A stretch of DNA of 64,000 nucleotides from Octopus bimaculoides (Eukaryota). The notes beneath the pieces were generated by a model, which did not search any database, was not told where the DNA came from, and saw only the letters and a program-made list of their open reading frames with translations. The first letter of the stretch is position 1. Every line of letters begins with the position of its first letter. Where the stretch lies: NCBI RefSeq assembly GCF_001194135.2, contig NC_068981.1:172137800-172201799 (forward strand). Reading direction: 5' to 3'. A program made the translations under genes and the position numbers. Of this stretch, positions 50,871-64,000 are shown piece after piece.

Positions 50871-52271
50871 CTATCAATGTAAACATAACGAAGCTCTCGT
50901 TAATTATATATGGCATCTGCTAGTAACTGTTCTACATGTTCTGGGACATATTTATACATTTTAGGCTGGCTTGCAAGGGGAAGTTAAATTGTATTTTGCA
51001 CATTATTACAAACAAATTGCATGGTGTGATATGAACCCTAGACCAGTTAGCCATTGTTCCAAGACTTCTCTTTCTCGTACACTCAGTTTTTCTCTCTCAC
51101 TCACTCTCCCTTTTGTCTTCCACAGCCCTTTCTCTCTAAACTTGACACATTCTAAAGTATTAGATAAAGTAAGAAAAATGCAGCCCACGGATAATGGTAG
51201 GAAGAGTTAGAAGTGTATTAGTTTCTTATGTAGAGATACCTACATAAACAATAAGGACTGATCAAATTTAAATCGTATTTAGAAATGTTTCGTGCAATAA
51301 TGATAAATTCAAATATTGGTTTCAAATTTTGGCACAATACCAGTAATTTTGGAAGAAGCGGTAGGTGGCGTGGGGGTAGTTGGGGTGTCGGCTTAATTTG
51401 TTGACCGCTTCCTTCCTCCTCTGCTCGAAGTTATGAAATACAAAATCGACTCTGTCGCGACTTTTGTGTGTGTGAAGTTTGGCAGGTGGAAACTAGAAAT
51501 GTGTTGTATATGATATATTTATCAGTCTTTGTGTCTTTGTTTAACGATGTAAAGCCGATGTTGTGTCAAAAGGACAACATAACAATTCAATAAATATAGA
51601 TTGAACAAATAAATACAAACGGAAATAAATACTGGGTAGATATGATCGCCAAAATAACTTGAAGTAGATGTCCCAGTAAAAGAAGTAAATCATAAAAAGA
51701 AAACATATGCGCGCGCGCGTGTGTGTGTGTATGTATTGCACACCTAACAATTCTGTCAATTCATTGCCTTTGGTCGGTTGTTTATATATCGATTCTGAAA
51801 GAATGGAAAATGAAGTTGATCTCGGCTGGATTTGAATTCACTGTGCCGACAAAACAAATGCCGTAAAACATTCTAACGCGACGTTCAAAACCACACTCCA
51901 AATTCGCCGGCATGTGTGTGTGTGTGCGCGCGTTTGTATGTGTGCTATACACAGGACTTCACAGTAGCTATCAGATCCACTGAATGTAATACAGGCAACC
52001 TTCGCATCACGGAGACACTCTTTACTACTTAACTGAGACAGTTTTAAACAATAGAAAACAGCTACACGAAGCAGACAGACTTGTGCCACCTCTCATTTTT
52101 CCACGTGTCATGAGAAAGGAGTCATAACATCGAAATATCGAAATACAAAAATACAAAGCAAGACTTCAACTGTTGTTCTCGTTTCAATTCATAGTTCACT
52201 TTGTGTTCATTTCGCATTTTTTCGGCCTTATCAAAAAAGTTTTATCTATACTTCACCCTTACTACTCTCTC

Positions 52272-52402
<131 letters not shown>

Positions 52403-54603
52403 GTTTCCCATAATACTATTTATGTGCAAAATGTAAGTTCAAAAGTTATTGTTTCAAGATAATTTATGCAACCTAATATGGAGGAGCCAATATTGCTTAG
52501 TCGTCATTTATTTCATTTCTATTTTTATTTCATTTACTTATTTATTGTTCGTGGAACTTGTGTTTACTATTAATCTCGCTATACTAGATTATTTTGCCCA
52601 ATTAAAACACACGCATTATTAAGCACAATCCTTTATTCTTTTTAAATTTTAATAGCATCAAAATCTTTTGTTGTACAATCAGAACCTGATCGATTTATCA
52701 TTCTGCATTTGATTCTTTTATAGAAAGGATTTAAAAAAACAACAGAAACCTCATTTAAAAATGAAAACTCTGTTAGTGGGAGCAGATGTTCGGCAACGTA
52801 ATGCACCAGGCTGCTGTATCAAAGTGCCAGATCAAAGAAACGCTTGATTTGGTTCATTAATTTGGTAATCTTCATGGTCTGTTCTTTCAACCGGCGTACA
52901 TGACCAGTAATTTAGCTATCATTAATCATTGCTTTGAAAGCCTTTATTCTTCTATGCTGCCTTCATATTTCGTATTTTGCATTACAGCTGCCTTTCGGCA
53001 TTTTTTTTTCTCTCCGTTTAACTTCAGACATACAAAACAAAGAAATTATGAAAGTACAGCAAACTACAGTCAGCCGTCATTTGTGAGCGAGTATGGTTTG
53101 GCAAGATGTACTATGCTTTTACTAATTGCTTTAAGCGTCTATGTCGTCGTGAGCTGACATAGGTACCCTCTCAACCCTATCAGTCTTGACCCAGCGGAAC
53201 ATTCAGGATGTAACATCAGCAGGGAAATAAGGCAGCACCAGCGCCCGACTTGTGATTATTGCAGTTGAATAGATTGGAGCAATGTAAAATGAGGTGATTT
53301 GCTCAAGAACACAACGTGCTATCAGGTCCAAGAATTGAACTCATTATCTTATGTTCAGGAGACATAACAGCAAGGCCCCGAAACAAAGTCAAAATGTTAA
53401 TTGGATAGTATTTATTATCTAGCGTTCCACTCAGTTCTGTATTAAAATCTTGTTTGCATTGGTTTTGTTTTTTATTCTCCATGGCGTATAAAATAAATTT
53501 CTGTTATAAACTGAAGTCGATTCAATTAACTTTAACCCGATCTCTTGCAAAGATTGACTTATGCCTAGTCTAAAGCAAAAAGCAAAAAGCTCAAAACTTA
53601 TAAGAGCTGAAAACTAATTAAAAGTTTTCTGCAGCATTTCCTTGGATGCGTTTTTAATCCGTACAGAAACAAGTAGCGTATGAAAGCAGGTATAATTGTA
53701 ACAGATTTTGTTCTGACTCTCTACGCTCTGAGTTCAAATTCTGTCGCGGTCATCTTCGCCTTTCATCCTTTCGGGGTCGATAAAACAGTATCAATCGAAG
53801 GCCGTGGACTGGCGGAACTGTAAGAACGTCGGGCTGAATGCCTTGTAGAATTTGTTCCTGCTCTTTGTGAGATCAAATACTACCATAGCATTCATTGGAT
53901 GGTAGACTTCACCTGTCGCTTGGTTTAACACTATCTTGGGTGCCTTTAGCAGAGTCCACTCTGTTACAAGCATTCGAGTCAGATTTCTTTCCTCTCTCCC
54001 TTCCTCCCACTAGTCCCGGATACCGGGTACTACCTCGCTTACGAGTAAAAGATAAAAAAATTAACGTCAGTTTGCTAAATAAATTTGCTTTGTTTTTTGT
54101 TTTTTTATTTACGTTATTGTTGTTGTTTAATCCCACGTGAGTTCTGATTTAGCAGACCTATATGATCAAGTGCATTCCAGCCATAACCGACCCATCATCT
54201 CGCAAAGCAGCGGAGCGTGATTTAAGGGAAAATTAATTTCTCTTTGGGTAAGTCGATTGATCACGTAAAGGATCCCAATGAGGGAACTCTTTCACGGTCA
54301 ATCTTCCCTTGTTTGTAGACCGTAGATCTGATAAAATTTTATAAATTTTCATGTTTTTAAAGAGATATATAAATAACGAATTCCATTGTGTTGAGGATTT
54401 TTGAAGCAAGACGCCAAGTTCTGATCTAGTTTGCCTGGCTGGACACAATCACGAGCATCTAACACACTGCTTTGTTTAACAAGGTCCTAGATGAGCTTAA
54501 GCAGAGTTCACTCTGTTTCCAAGTATTCAATTTTCCCTACAGATATTGGCCTGTAGATGTTCAGGTTGAGTATCAAAAGTGACAGTCTTACTAGTCTGGT
54601 GAA

Positions 54604-54651
54604 GGTCTGCAAAGTTCATGGTCTGCAAAGTTCATGGTCTGCAAAGTTCAT
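54604..54651. repeat. Three perfect tandem copies of GGTCTGCAAAGTTCAT
   Basis: Seen directly. Confidence 0.95.
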
Positions 54652-54786
54652 GAGCCCTGCCCTTCTTATTTTGGTTAATTTAGTCAATTTGGTTGGTGGT
54701 TCACTTTATATTATCGGAGCTGAGCTTTATCTATGACTGTCTCGAGGGTATGGTCATTTTTTTTGTTTTGTTTTTTTTTTCACCAG

Positions 54787-54881
54787 GAGCAGGTGCCGCG
54801 AGGGTGTCAAGAATGGAAATGACGAGCGAGCTAAGAAAACGATCTCTACGTGATGCAAAACTCTCCTTCTGCTTCTGATTC
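54787..54881 (+). CDS. Candidate 95-nt exon: either contains a stop (GAGAARVSRMEMTSELRKRSLRDAKLSFCF*) or is a first coding exon (MQNSPSASD...)
   Basis: Very strong acceptor (long T tract + caccag), donor TTC|gtaagg, CpG-rich. Confidence 0.5.
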
Positions 54882-54969
54882 GTAAGGAGGAATAGTTTTT
54901 TTCTCTCGATTCATCTAATTCTTGCTACTATATATACCTTATATTCCACTTTTTAAAAAATTTATTTAT

Positions 54970-55144
54970 GGCGCTGGAGTGGCTGTGTGGTAAGTAGCTT
55001 GCTTACGAACCACATGGCTCCGGGTTCATTCCCACTGCGTGGCACCTTGGGCAAGTGTCTTCTACTATAGCCTCAGGCCGACCAAAGCCTTGTGAGTGGA
55101 TTTGGTAGACGGAAACTGAAAGAAGCCCGTCGTATATATGTATC

Positions 55145-55194
<50 letters not shown>

Positions 55195-55573
55195 TGTAAA
55201 TGTTTGTGTGTCTGTGTTTGCCCCCCCCCCCCCNNNNNNNNNNNNNNNNNNNNNNNNNNNNNNNNNNNNNNNNNNNNNNNNNNNNNNNNNNNNNNNNNNN
55301 NNNNNNNNNNNNNNNNNNNNNNNNNNNNNNNNNNNNNNNNNNNNNNNNNNNNNNNNNNNNNNNNNNNNNNNNNNNNNNNNNNNNNNNNNNNNNNNNNNNN
55401 NNNNNNCCGATGGTGGTGTCCCCGTAACTTAGCGGTTCGGCAAAAGAGAACGATAGAATAAGTACCAGGCTTCCAAAGAATAAGTCCTGGGGTCGATTTG
55501 CTCGACTAAAAGGCGGTGCTCCAGCATGGCCGCAGTCAAATGACTGAAACAAGTAAAAGAGAATAAAAGAGAA
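54970..55573 (+). mobile_element. Bipartite CORE-like SINE (type C), young copy with a gap in its microsatellite
   Basis: Head ggcgctggagtggctgtgtggtaagtagcttgc; CORE-like caccttgggcaagtgtc; tail ...tgactgaaacaagtaaaagag. Confidence 0.9.
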
Positions 55574-56137
55574 TGACGTAATTTTCTACATTTTGAAAAT
55601 CTATATCTCTATATATACATACATTTGCATTAATTTTATATAAACTTATATACAGATGTTTATGGTACTCCCGTCTATCGTTTTACTTGCTAAAAGTAAA
55701 TGAATATGGAATAACTGTGTGTAAAAAGAAAGAACATTGTCGTTGCTGTTTTGTCCCAGGTCATCCATCATAGAACAAACCTATGACAAAGAATTAAAGT
55801 TGTGATAATTCCGTCATTTTTAAAGATACAATGTACATGGTATGAAGTGATCTTTTCTCTCGCCTTCCCCCCCCCCTTATAAGATGCAATTTGAGAGAAA
55901 ACAGGCTTCTATTGCTAGCAAGTTGTGTGACCCGTAGTGGATCTCTTGTTCAGATAAATGACACTTGTGACACATGGGTGATACATCACCAGTACTTGGC
56001 AGAGGAATTCAAAATTTCTACTTAAATTCAATCCTGCTCGGGCTTGTCCTTGCTTATGAATAAATATAGTCCATATATGTATGTCCGGGTGCGAGTGTGT
56101 ATGCGTGTGGCAAAGAATACAGAACGCTGATGAATTA

Positions 56138-56364
56138 CAGTAATCCCTTGCCATATTACGGTTCATCTATCGCGATTTATTATTTAAGCTTACGTCAATT
56201 CCTCCATAGTTTTGTTTTGCATTTATGATAAAATAAATATATACAAATTATAAACATTTTTTTTTAAATATACAGTACAGTACAGTACTGTTTCTACTTC
56301 GCGTATTTTCACTTATCGCGCGGGATTTTGGAACGTAACACCCGCGATAAGTGAGGGATTACTG
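56138..56364. mobile_element. Tigger/pogo-like MITE with TA target duplication
   Basis: TA|CAGTAATCCCT ... AGGGATTACTG|TA: an 11-bp perfect TIR with imperfect extension. Confidence 0.8.
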
Positions 56365-56699
56365 TATATCTATTATATGGAGGTTATGAGCGGTAGTGGT
56401 GTTAGTTAGACCCAGAGGTTTCAGCTAATACTAAGTAAGTGCTATGGATAGACCATAGTTGAGCTCCAGGTTCGGTGATTATGCAAACAAGGGGCCCAAC
56501 GTAGGTCATATATCAGCGTGTGTATAACTATTAACTATTGCTTAACCATCCTCTCACACCGTCTCCAATGAAGGGACATTATAAATATCCTGGAAACAGC
56601 TGTAAGACCTATTTATAAACGTTCTAAAATATACACAGCCTTGGTTTTTTATCTCATTACGAAAAGTAAATCCTTGTATATCTATTATATACATCTAAT

Positions 56700-56890
56700 T
56701 AGGGCGGTCAGCTGGTAGAAGTATCAACGCGTCGGATAAAGTGCTGAGCAGCATTTCTTCCGGTTCTTTACGTTCTGGATTTAAATTCCGCCGAGGTCGA
56801 CTAGGGCTATCATTCTTTCGGATGAACACTGGGATACATGACTTCCCCTTCCCCTTAAGATCGGTGGTCCTGCGTCAAAATTTGAAACCA
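56700..56890 (+). mobile_element. Older type B SINE copy without the module
   Basis: gggcggtcagctggtagaag...ttacgttctggatttaaattccgccgaggtcgact. Confidence 0.75.
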
Positions 56891-56912
56891 TTATAGATAG
56901 AAAGAGAGACAG

Positions 56913-56987
<75 letters not shown>

Positions 56988-57069
56988 AAATGAAACAAAT
57001 ACGCTTGGGCTTTATATATAAAATATACATCGGTATATACATGTAAATNNNNNNNNNNACACACACACA

Positions 57070-57404
57070 TCTAATTCTCCAGATCTCAATCCATTGGACT
57101 ATTACATGTGGAGCGTTGTTGAGAGAGAGGTCAATGGACACGCCCAAAGATTCTTTGAAATCTGCCATAGTCAGTGTAATGTCCAAAATGAACCAGGACC
57201 ACTTGATTCGAGCATGTAGATGATTTAGATCTCATATAGACGTAGCTGTTGAAGCTAAAGGTGGCTTTATTGATTAACGTTATAGAAAAGAAGGTATATT
57301 TTAATCCTCATAGCACTTTTTGATAAATAAAGTTATTATTTGTTATTATATATGTTTTTTTTTATAAACATAAATCTGTCCTCAAATATCTTACGCACCC
57401 TGTA
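57070..57404 (+). mobile_element. Tc1/mariner maT (DD37D-like) transposase C-terminal remnant and right end
   Basis: SPDLNPLDYYMWSVVEREVN..., DSLKSAIVSVMSKMNQDHLIRAC, AVEAKGGFID*; terminus tcttacgcaccctg|ta. Confidence 0.85.
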
Positions 57405-57406
57405 TG

Positions 57407-57438
<32 letters not shown>

Positions 57439-57879
57439 ACTTAACGCTTGCCTCCAGCGCTCGCAACCATGTGTAGTTTTGCTGGATAGGGTATTGCTGT
57501 TATTAGTAAGTTATTGTTCTAATGCTTTGAAATCTCTTTTGGTTTTCATTATCAGTAAATCGATTAGGTTTTGCTTGTATTTCCTTCTTGTTTTTGTTTA
57601 TATTAATTTATCACTGTTTTTATAATTTAATGACCTTTAGTTTCGTTTTCTCTCGTCTGGAATTATTTAAGTCTTTAATCATACATTAATTTGACCCATT
57701 CACCCTGTTAATTTCAGCCAATTTCATCATTGCCGTAAGATAGTAATTATGAAATCTTGTGAAATTAGTATTTAAACAGGTAAAATGATTATTGTATTCA
57801 TTTCCTAACAAACAATAAACTATACTTTCATAGTTGAACTCACCTGCCTATCTGACTTCCCCTTTTTAATAATGTCGTT

Positions 57880-58260
57880 GATTTTGTTTGATCCTCAGAC
57901 CAGCTTTGATATTATGGTCCTGCGGCCAGAGACATTCCAGCCTTGAACATCTCGTCTTTTATTCATACACAGTGTATCAGAGACTGCATTACCAAATACA
58001 ACTTTTTAAAAAACACCGTAGGCTGTGTTTGAGGAAGACTTAACTGCTTTTTCTAGCTTGTCGAGCGACCGCGCAGAGGCTTCCTCGTTAACTCGAAAAG
58101 TATCACACAGGTGAAAAAGGATTAACAGGTACCATTCTTTCAATAAAATTGCTTTTACATCTTTGTCCAACATTTTCAGAGCCCTCCGGTCATTTTCTTT
58201 CATTCCTCAAGTGATATTCAACCTTGAATTGCCAATAATTTCAAACTTCATTCCCTGTTC
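57880..58260 (-). mobile_element. Possible RTE LINE fragment
   Basis: RVNEEASARSLDKL..KAV is weakly like EINARIAKASAAF; downstream cgcaggaccataatatcaaagctgg is like LRxIxxIxW. Confidence 0.35.
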
Positions 58261-59537
58261 TAATTGATTTGTTTTTCTTTCTACTTATTCAGATTTGTTA
58301 TTGTAGAGTTTCAAGAGACACTGTTTCGTTTTCCTATCATTTCATGACTCCTATTTCATTAAAGAATAAATAAAATCCAGTGATGGTTAGATCCTTTTCT
58401 ACCAATTACTACAGTTTATCATCTTATTCTGTTTTATTTTATATTGTATACAGTTCACAGGGATATGCTCAACACCCCTATCTTGCAGACCTCACTTTTT
58501 ACGGAGTGTAGTAACGAGATGCCTTCTAAAGGTTGTAAAAGATATACAACGAATTCGTAACCAAGAATTTAAACCACAATTTTCATGTTCGCTTCGATTG
58601 TTGTTGGAACTTGCACTTAGAATTTATTTGTTTAACCTGTCAGTACTCTATACGATTTACCACTGCATAACTGAATGTGTGGTATGGATCTCAACCAAGT
58701 AGGACATGTAATATATCAAGAACAACATATCTGTGGGTCGTACGTTGTCTTTCGGTGAACTACCTACATGCCTTAAGTTGCTCAATCAAAGTCTGTTTAT
58801 TACTGACGTAAATTTTCTGTTTTGTTATGCATAAAATATTTTATTCAAATTAACGATGAAAATTTCCAACAGTGGTGTGAAAGTAGAATATAATTCTGTA
58901 TAACTGTACGGATTTGAAAATTAAATACCTGAAGAAATTGTAGCCGAAGAGCTGTCGTTTGTTTTTGCGAAAAATTGCCTTCATGCATTACTTTTCCATT
59001 TGGGTTTGCTCATTTGTCACTTGATTTATTGCCATCTCTTTGTCATTGGATGTTAAACCAGTTCTATTATGAAGCATTGAATGTTACGTAATTAAGTTGA
59101 TAATTTATTAATCGACTGCTACATCACGTTCTGAAATATCACTAAATGTTAATCCAAACTCTTGAGAATATTATCTCTATCACTGGCTCGGGAGTGATAA
59201 AGTATTGTTGATTTGGGCATGAAATACTGTCTCGGAATCTCCTTAGAGAGCTGTACCAGTCAGCAGATTGAATAGGAAAAAAAAAACATAATAGCTGTGT
59301 AACATAGGACAGATCACATTGTTGTATCATGGTATTTATTTTTTGTTGGATAGTTCTTGCCAGCAATCCAAGCTTTGTGACATGAATACGAATCTGCAAT
59401 CATTTAACTGATTCCAGTGCAATTCTCAACAAACCAGTCCCATTACTTATTGATAACGATGCCTAACATTTCTGAAAATAATTTGTAGAGATTCTCTTCA
59501 GTATTTCCCAAAATCTTCAATCTTATCAAATACGCAT

Positions 59538-60958
59538 ATGGTAAGCAACGTTGCAACAAATAAACATGATGAACCATGCCCCCATGATCCCGGAGCACGG
59601 GGGGAGAATTCACCAAGGGAAGGTGTGTCAGAGGAAAGTGATTCAACAGGCGTGAAGAAGCCAAAGATTAAGTGGCCGAAGGCAAATGATGCAGTGAGCT
59701 ATAAAAAATTCGACGACAACGTAGTAAGAATGACCACCAAATTCAAAGGAGACAACGAACAAAAGCTCCAGAAGGTTAATATAATCTATCAGGAAGGAGA
59801 GATAAGATTTGAACTTGAAACAACAGGGAATGGAGAATCATCGGCAAAGGGCGGACCATCGAGGAGAGAAAGACGGATCGCAAAGATACGAGAAGAGAAG
59901 ACAAAACTCAGAACCAGATTGAGGAATTCAAAGGAGGAGGTACGAACAGGGAGGGAAAAAAAAGCGGACGAGGCAGTTAACAGGACGATCGGAAAGCCAA
60001 GGCACGCTGACATAATTGGAGCGACGCAAGAAGCAAGAGCCGGTCTAGGGTTGCACAATTTCAAGCCATTTTGCATGAGCAGTGTAAACGAGATGAAAGA
60101 GGCAGTGGTACATGAAGTGGGAAAGAAGGAAGAAGAAAGGCGAAATGTACATTTGGTGTAATGTAGTCAACAGGAACAGTGCCTGAGATGGGAGGAATAT
60201 GTAGTCAGTCGTAGAATCTCATGGAAGAAACTTTGGGCTTGGGAACAAGCAAGAACATCCTTCCTGATCAAGTCTACCTTCGACGTTTTACCTTCACCGG
60301 CGAATTTAGTCCGGTGGAACATACAAACAACCGATGAATGTAGATGCGGAGAGAAAGCAGGCTTGCACTAGACAGATGCGGAGAGAAAGCAAGCTTGCAC
60401 TAGACAGATATATATGGCGTCACAATCAAGTCCTCGGCGTCATAAGCGCAGCACTCAAGGAGTAGATCGAGGGATATAATAAGGGAGAATACCTAAAAGT
60501 GGAAAAGAGCGGAAAAATATACATCCAGAAGGAGGGAAAAGGACAAATAAAATATACAAGACAGACTAAAGGTGGCAGGGATACTGGGATCTGGCAGCGG
60601 ATTTGGAAAGACTGTTAATATTTCCACTCATAGAAACAACAAGACTGAACTTAATCCTATGAAACACAAAACGGAGAATTGGAATTTTCCCAGAGCTGAC
60701 AGTGCCATGGAAAGAGAACATCGCTAATACAGAGCAACGGAAGGAGAAGAGGTATGAGAAATTAATCGAAGAGTACGGAGAACAGGGATGGACTGTCGAG
60801 GAAGAAGAAACGCACTCAACACCAGAGCTGAAGACCCCTCCGAAAGGGGGGCCCCGCCACGTCGAAAACGGTAGAGGAGTAGGGGGCGAAACCGGATGTG
60901 GTTCCTCTTGATGATGTCTTTAGCCACTGGATCCTATAAAGAAGCTGTTGAGGTAGCA
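59538..60958 (+). mobile_element. HERO-like (restriction-like endonuclease) non-LTR retrotransposon, RT domain deleted
   Basis: N-terminal KIKWPKANDAVSYKKFDDNV...SRRERRIAKIR is fused directly to post-RT motifs VRTGR...RHADIIGATQEARAGLG, SFLIKSTFDVLPSPANLVRW, YIWRHNQVL and ELTVPWKENIANTEQRKEKRYEKL. Confidence 0.85.
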
Positions 60959-62533
60959 NNNNNNNNNNNNNNNNNNNNNNNNNNNNNNNNNNNNNNNNNN
61001 NNNNNNNNNNNNNNNNNNNNNNNNNNNNNNNNNNNNNNNNNNNNNNNNNNNNNNNNNNNNNNNNNNNNNNNNNNNNNNNNNNNNNNNNNNNNNNNNNNNN
61101 NNNNNNNNNNNNNNNNNNNNNNNNNNNNNNNNNNNNNNNNNNNNNNNNNNNNNNNNNNNNNNNNNNNNNNNNNNNNNNNNNNNNNNNNNNNNNNNNNNNN
61201 NNNNNNNNNNNNNNNNNNNNNNNNNNNNNNNNNNNNNNNNNNNNNNNNNNNNNNNNNNNNNNNNNNNNNNNNNNNNNNNNNNNNNNNNNNNNNNNNNNNN
61301 NNNNNNNNNNNNNNNNNNNNNNNNNNNNNNNNNNNNNNNNNNNNNNNNNNNNNNNNNNNNNNNNNNNNNNNNNNNNNNNNNNNNNNNNNNNNNNNNNNNN
61401 NNNNNNNNNNNNNNNNNNNNNNNNNNNNNNNNNNNNNNNNNNNNNNNNNNNNNNNNNNNNNNNNNNNNNNNNNNNNNNNNNNNNNNNNNNNNNNNNNNNN
61501 NNNNNNNNNNNNNNNNNNNNNNNNNNNNNNNNNNNNNNNNNNNNNNNNNNNNNNNNNNNNNNNNNNNNNACAATTCATAATTTCAAATTTAACTTCCAAT
61601 TTTTATTTTTTTTTTACATTTAAAACAGGTTGACTTTTTAGTGGAAGATCTTGTTTTCATGAAAATTACTTACGAGTTAAATTTTTTTTTTTTTAACTAA
61701 TCATTATTAATTTCGTGTTTCGTTTCTAAATTATTCCAATTTCATTTTCTGAAAATCTATCACATATTTACAGGTGATAATTTTTAAAATTCTAAACATG
61801 TTTAAACTGAACAGTAGTCGTTAACATCAGTTAACCATTCAGCACTCTATTGCAACAGCATATTTATACCAATATTTACTTCATTCAAAGTCTATGCGAT
61901 GCTGTGATCATTTTGCCGTTAATTGAAAAGCTTCGTTTGATAAAGTAAGGAAAAGAAAATTATTGACCTACTTTCTAAGTTGGCGGTTATGAAATAGTGA
62001 TTTATGAACTATATACTTCTATTTAGGACACTTCAATTTATTTTAAAGCATACAAACAAATGGTCGAGGTTAGTATGCGACAATGGTAGTATTCCTTCAT
62101 TGACCCATTTTATTTCCACTGTCACCATTGTTCCCGCACATTTCATGTTATAATCAATGTCCTCAAAAGGGATGGGCTATAACACATTGAAGCTCTTAAC
62201 GGTGGTGGTGTTAGTGGTGGCGGTAGTAAACATCTATGACTTATTTTATGAAAACAATAATGAGATAAAACCAAAAGTTAGATAATTATCATGTTTTACT
62301 TATCAATGAATTAATATTATATTCACCTTACACAAAGTAAAGTAACTATATTCATTTGTCTTATTTTTTGAAATTAGAGATTCATAGCAATAAATGGTGA
62401 TTAAACTCTATTTTGTGTAAACAGATGGATGTAGTGCCTATAGCATTTGCATTGCCTCTGTAAATTAAGTAAAAAGACTACATCCAAGAAGTTAAACCAG
62501 TTCGCGATCACAGAACGCTGAAGGTTTACATTC

Positions 62534-62571
<38 letters not shown>

Positions 62572-63084
62572 NNNNNNNNNNNNNNNNNNNNNNNNNNNNN
62601 NNNNNNNNNNNNNNNNNNNNNNNNNNNNNNNNNNNNNNNNNNNNNNNNNNNNNNNNNNNNNNNNNNNNNNNNNNNNNNNNNNNNNNNNNNNNNNNNNNNN
62701 NNNNNNNNNNNNNNNNNNNNNNNNNNNNNNNNNNNNNNNNNNNNNNNNNNNNNNNNNNNNNNNNNNNNNNNNNNNNNNNNNNNNNNNNNNNNNNNNNNNN
62801 NNNNNNNNNNNNNNNNNNNNNNNNNNNNNNNNNNNNNNNNNNNNNNNNNNNNNNNNNNNNNNNNNNNNNNNNNNNNNNNNNNNNNNNNNNNNNNNNNNNN
62901 NNNNNNNNNNNNNNNNNNNNNNNNNNNNNNNNNNNNNNNNNNNNNNNNNNNNNNNNNNNNNNNNNNNNNNNNNNNNNNNNNNNNNNNNNNNNNNNNNNNN
63001 NNNNNNNNNNNNNNNNNNNNNNNNNNNNNNNNNNNNNNNNNNNNNNNNNNNNNNNNNNNNNNAGAGAGAGAGAGAGAGAAAGAA

Positions 63085-63122
<38 letters not shown>

Positions 63123-63129
63123 TTTCTTA

Positions 63130-63335
63130 GTGCTTCTGTCCCCCAACTACAGCTTGACAACCAGTGTTGGTGTGTTTATGTGTCCGTAGCTTAGCAGTTT
63201 GGCAAAATAGACCAATAAAATAATTACCAGGTTTAGATGAAGAAAATAGGTACTGGGGTCGATTCATTCGACTAAAATCCTATAAGGCGGTGCCTCAATA
63301 TGGCCGCAGTCTAATGAATGAAACAAGTAAAAAAG
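63130..63335 (+). mobile_element. 3' half of a type C SINE
   Basis: gcttgacaaccagtgttggtgtgtttatg...ggggtcgattcattcgactaa...tggccgcagtc..atgaaacaagtaaaa. Confidence 0.8.
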
Positions 63336-63663
63336 CAAGAGCTAAAAATAGAAAAACTATATGACATCTTCAGGCTAACCAATGATTGGTATGCAAAAAT
63401 GGGCGCTGTGCGGAAGCCTGCAAGATGGATTGTACATCTAATTCAAATGTATTTCACACACAATACCGTGCTGAGTCTGCCTGGGTATATGTTATTGGTG
63501 CACATATCTGTAATATACTCGCTCACTTACACGTGAATTCGAGGAGCGGATTAAATTGCAGAAACCACAGATCACTCATTGTCCAAACTGATGGATATCC
63601 ATTTACTCATGAACGATAGACAGCGGGTAGAAAACGTGATGCGTGTTTCCATAAATTTCCCGA

Positions 63664-64000
63664 AAGTGTGGTTATGTGGTAAGAAGCTTGATTCTCAACT
63701 ACATGGTTCCGGGTTCAATCCCACTGCGTGACAACTTGGGCAAAAGTCTCGGGCCGACCAAAGCCTTGTGAGTGGATTTGGCAGACGGAAACAGAAAGAA
63801 GCCCGTCGTATATATAATATGTGTGTGTGTGTGTGTGTGTGTGTGTTTGTATGTATGTACGTATATATATGTGTGTGTGTGTGGCTGTCTGTCTGTCTTT
63901 TTGTCTGTACTTTCATTCACCACTGCTTGACAAATGGTGTTGGTGTGTTTTTATGTCCTCGTAATACAGCGGTTCAGCAAAAGATATCGATAAAATAAGT
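63664..64000 (+). mobile_element. Bipartite CORE-like SINE (type C), running off the window
   Basis: Same head, CORE-like segment and microsatellite core as the other copies. Confidence 0.85.

Noticed and set aside
60896-63160. ORFs of more than 200 aa spanning N runs
   Set aside because: They are open only because N codons contain no stops; the same applies at 7353-7786, 8324-9046, 22163-22865 and 25737-26535.
63318-63619. ORFs including CKNGRCAEACKMDC (EGF-like look) and an ACCAATGATTGGT double CCAAT
   Set aside because: No complete Cys pattern, no convincing splice context, and the region is wedged between SINEs.

Overview
AT-rich, repeat-dominated eukaryotic DNA with many N gaps next to microsatellites. 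The SINE, microsatellite and retroelement repertoire suggests a coleoid cephalopod, most likely Octopus (inference; no database search was possible). I can name no intact protein-coding gene. Most ORFs in the track come from microsatellites or N gaps. The window contains: decayed LINEs (Jockey/CR1-like, several RTE); a Penelope-like RT fragment; an internally deleted HERO-like (restriction-like endonuclease) retrotransposon; mariner, Tc1, maT/DD37D and hAT-like transposase remnants; several MITEs; and three tRNA-derived SINE types. A few splice-site-bounded candidate exons may belong to a long-intron host gene. The most striking observation is a 184-bp headless SINE-derived module found twice, about 98% identical, at exactly the same internal position of two older SINE copies, each with a locus-specific 9-11 bp duplication. 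This suggests a target-specific element that parasitises a SINE. Also notable are a perfect 148-bp-arm foldback element in the (TA)n core of another SINE and a foldback built from a tRNA-like 3' half. All coordinates and alignments were made by eye.
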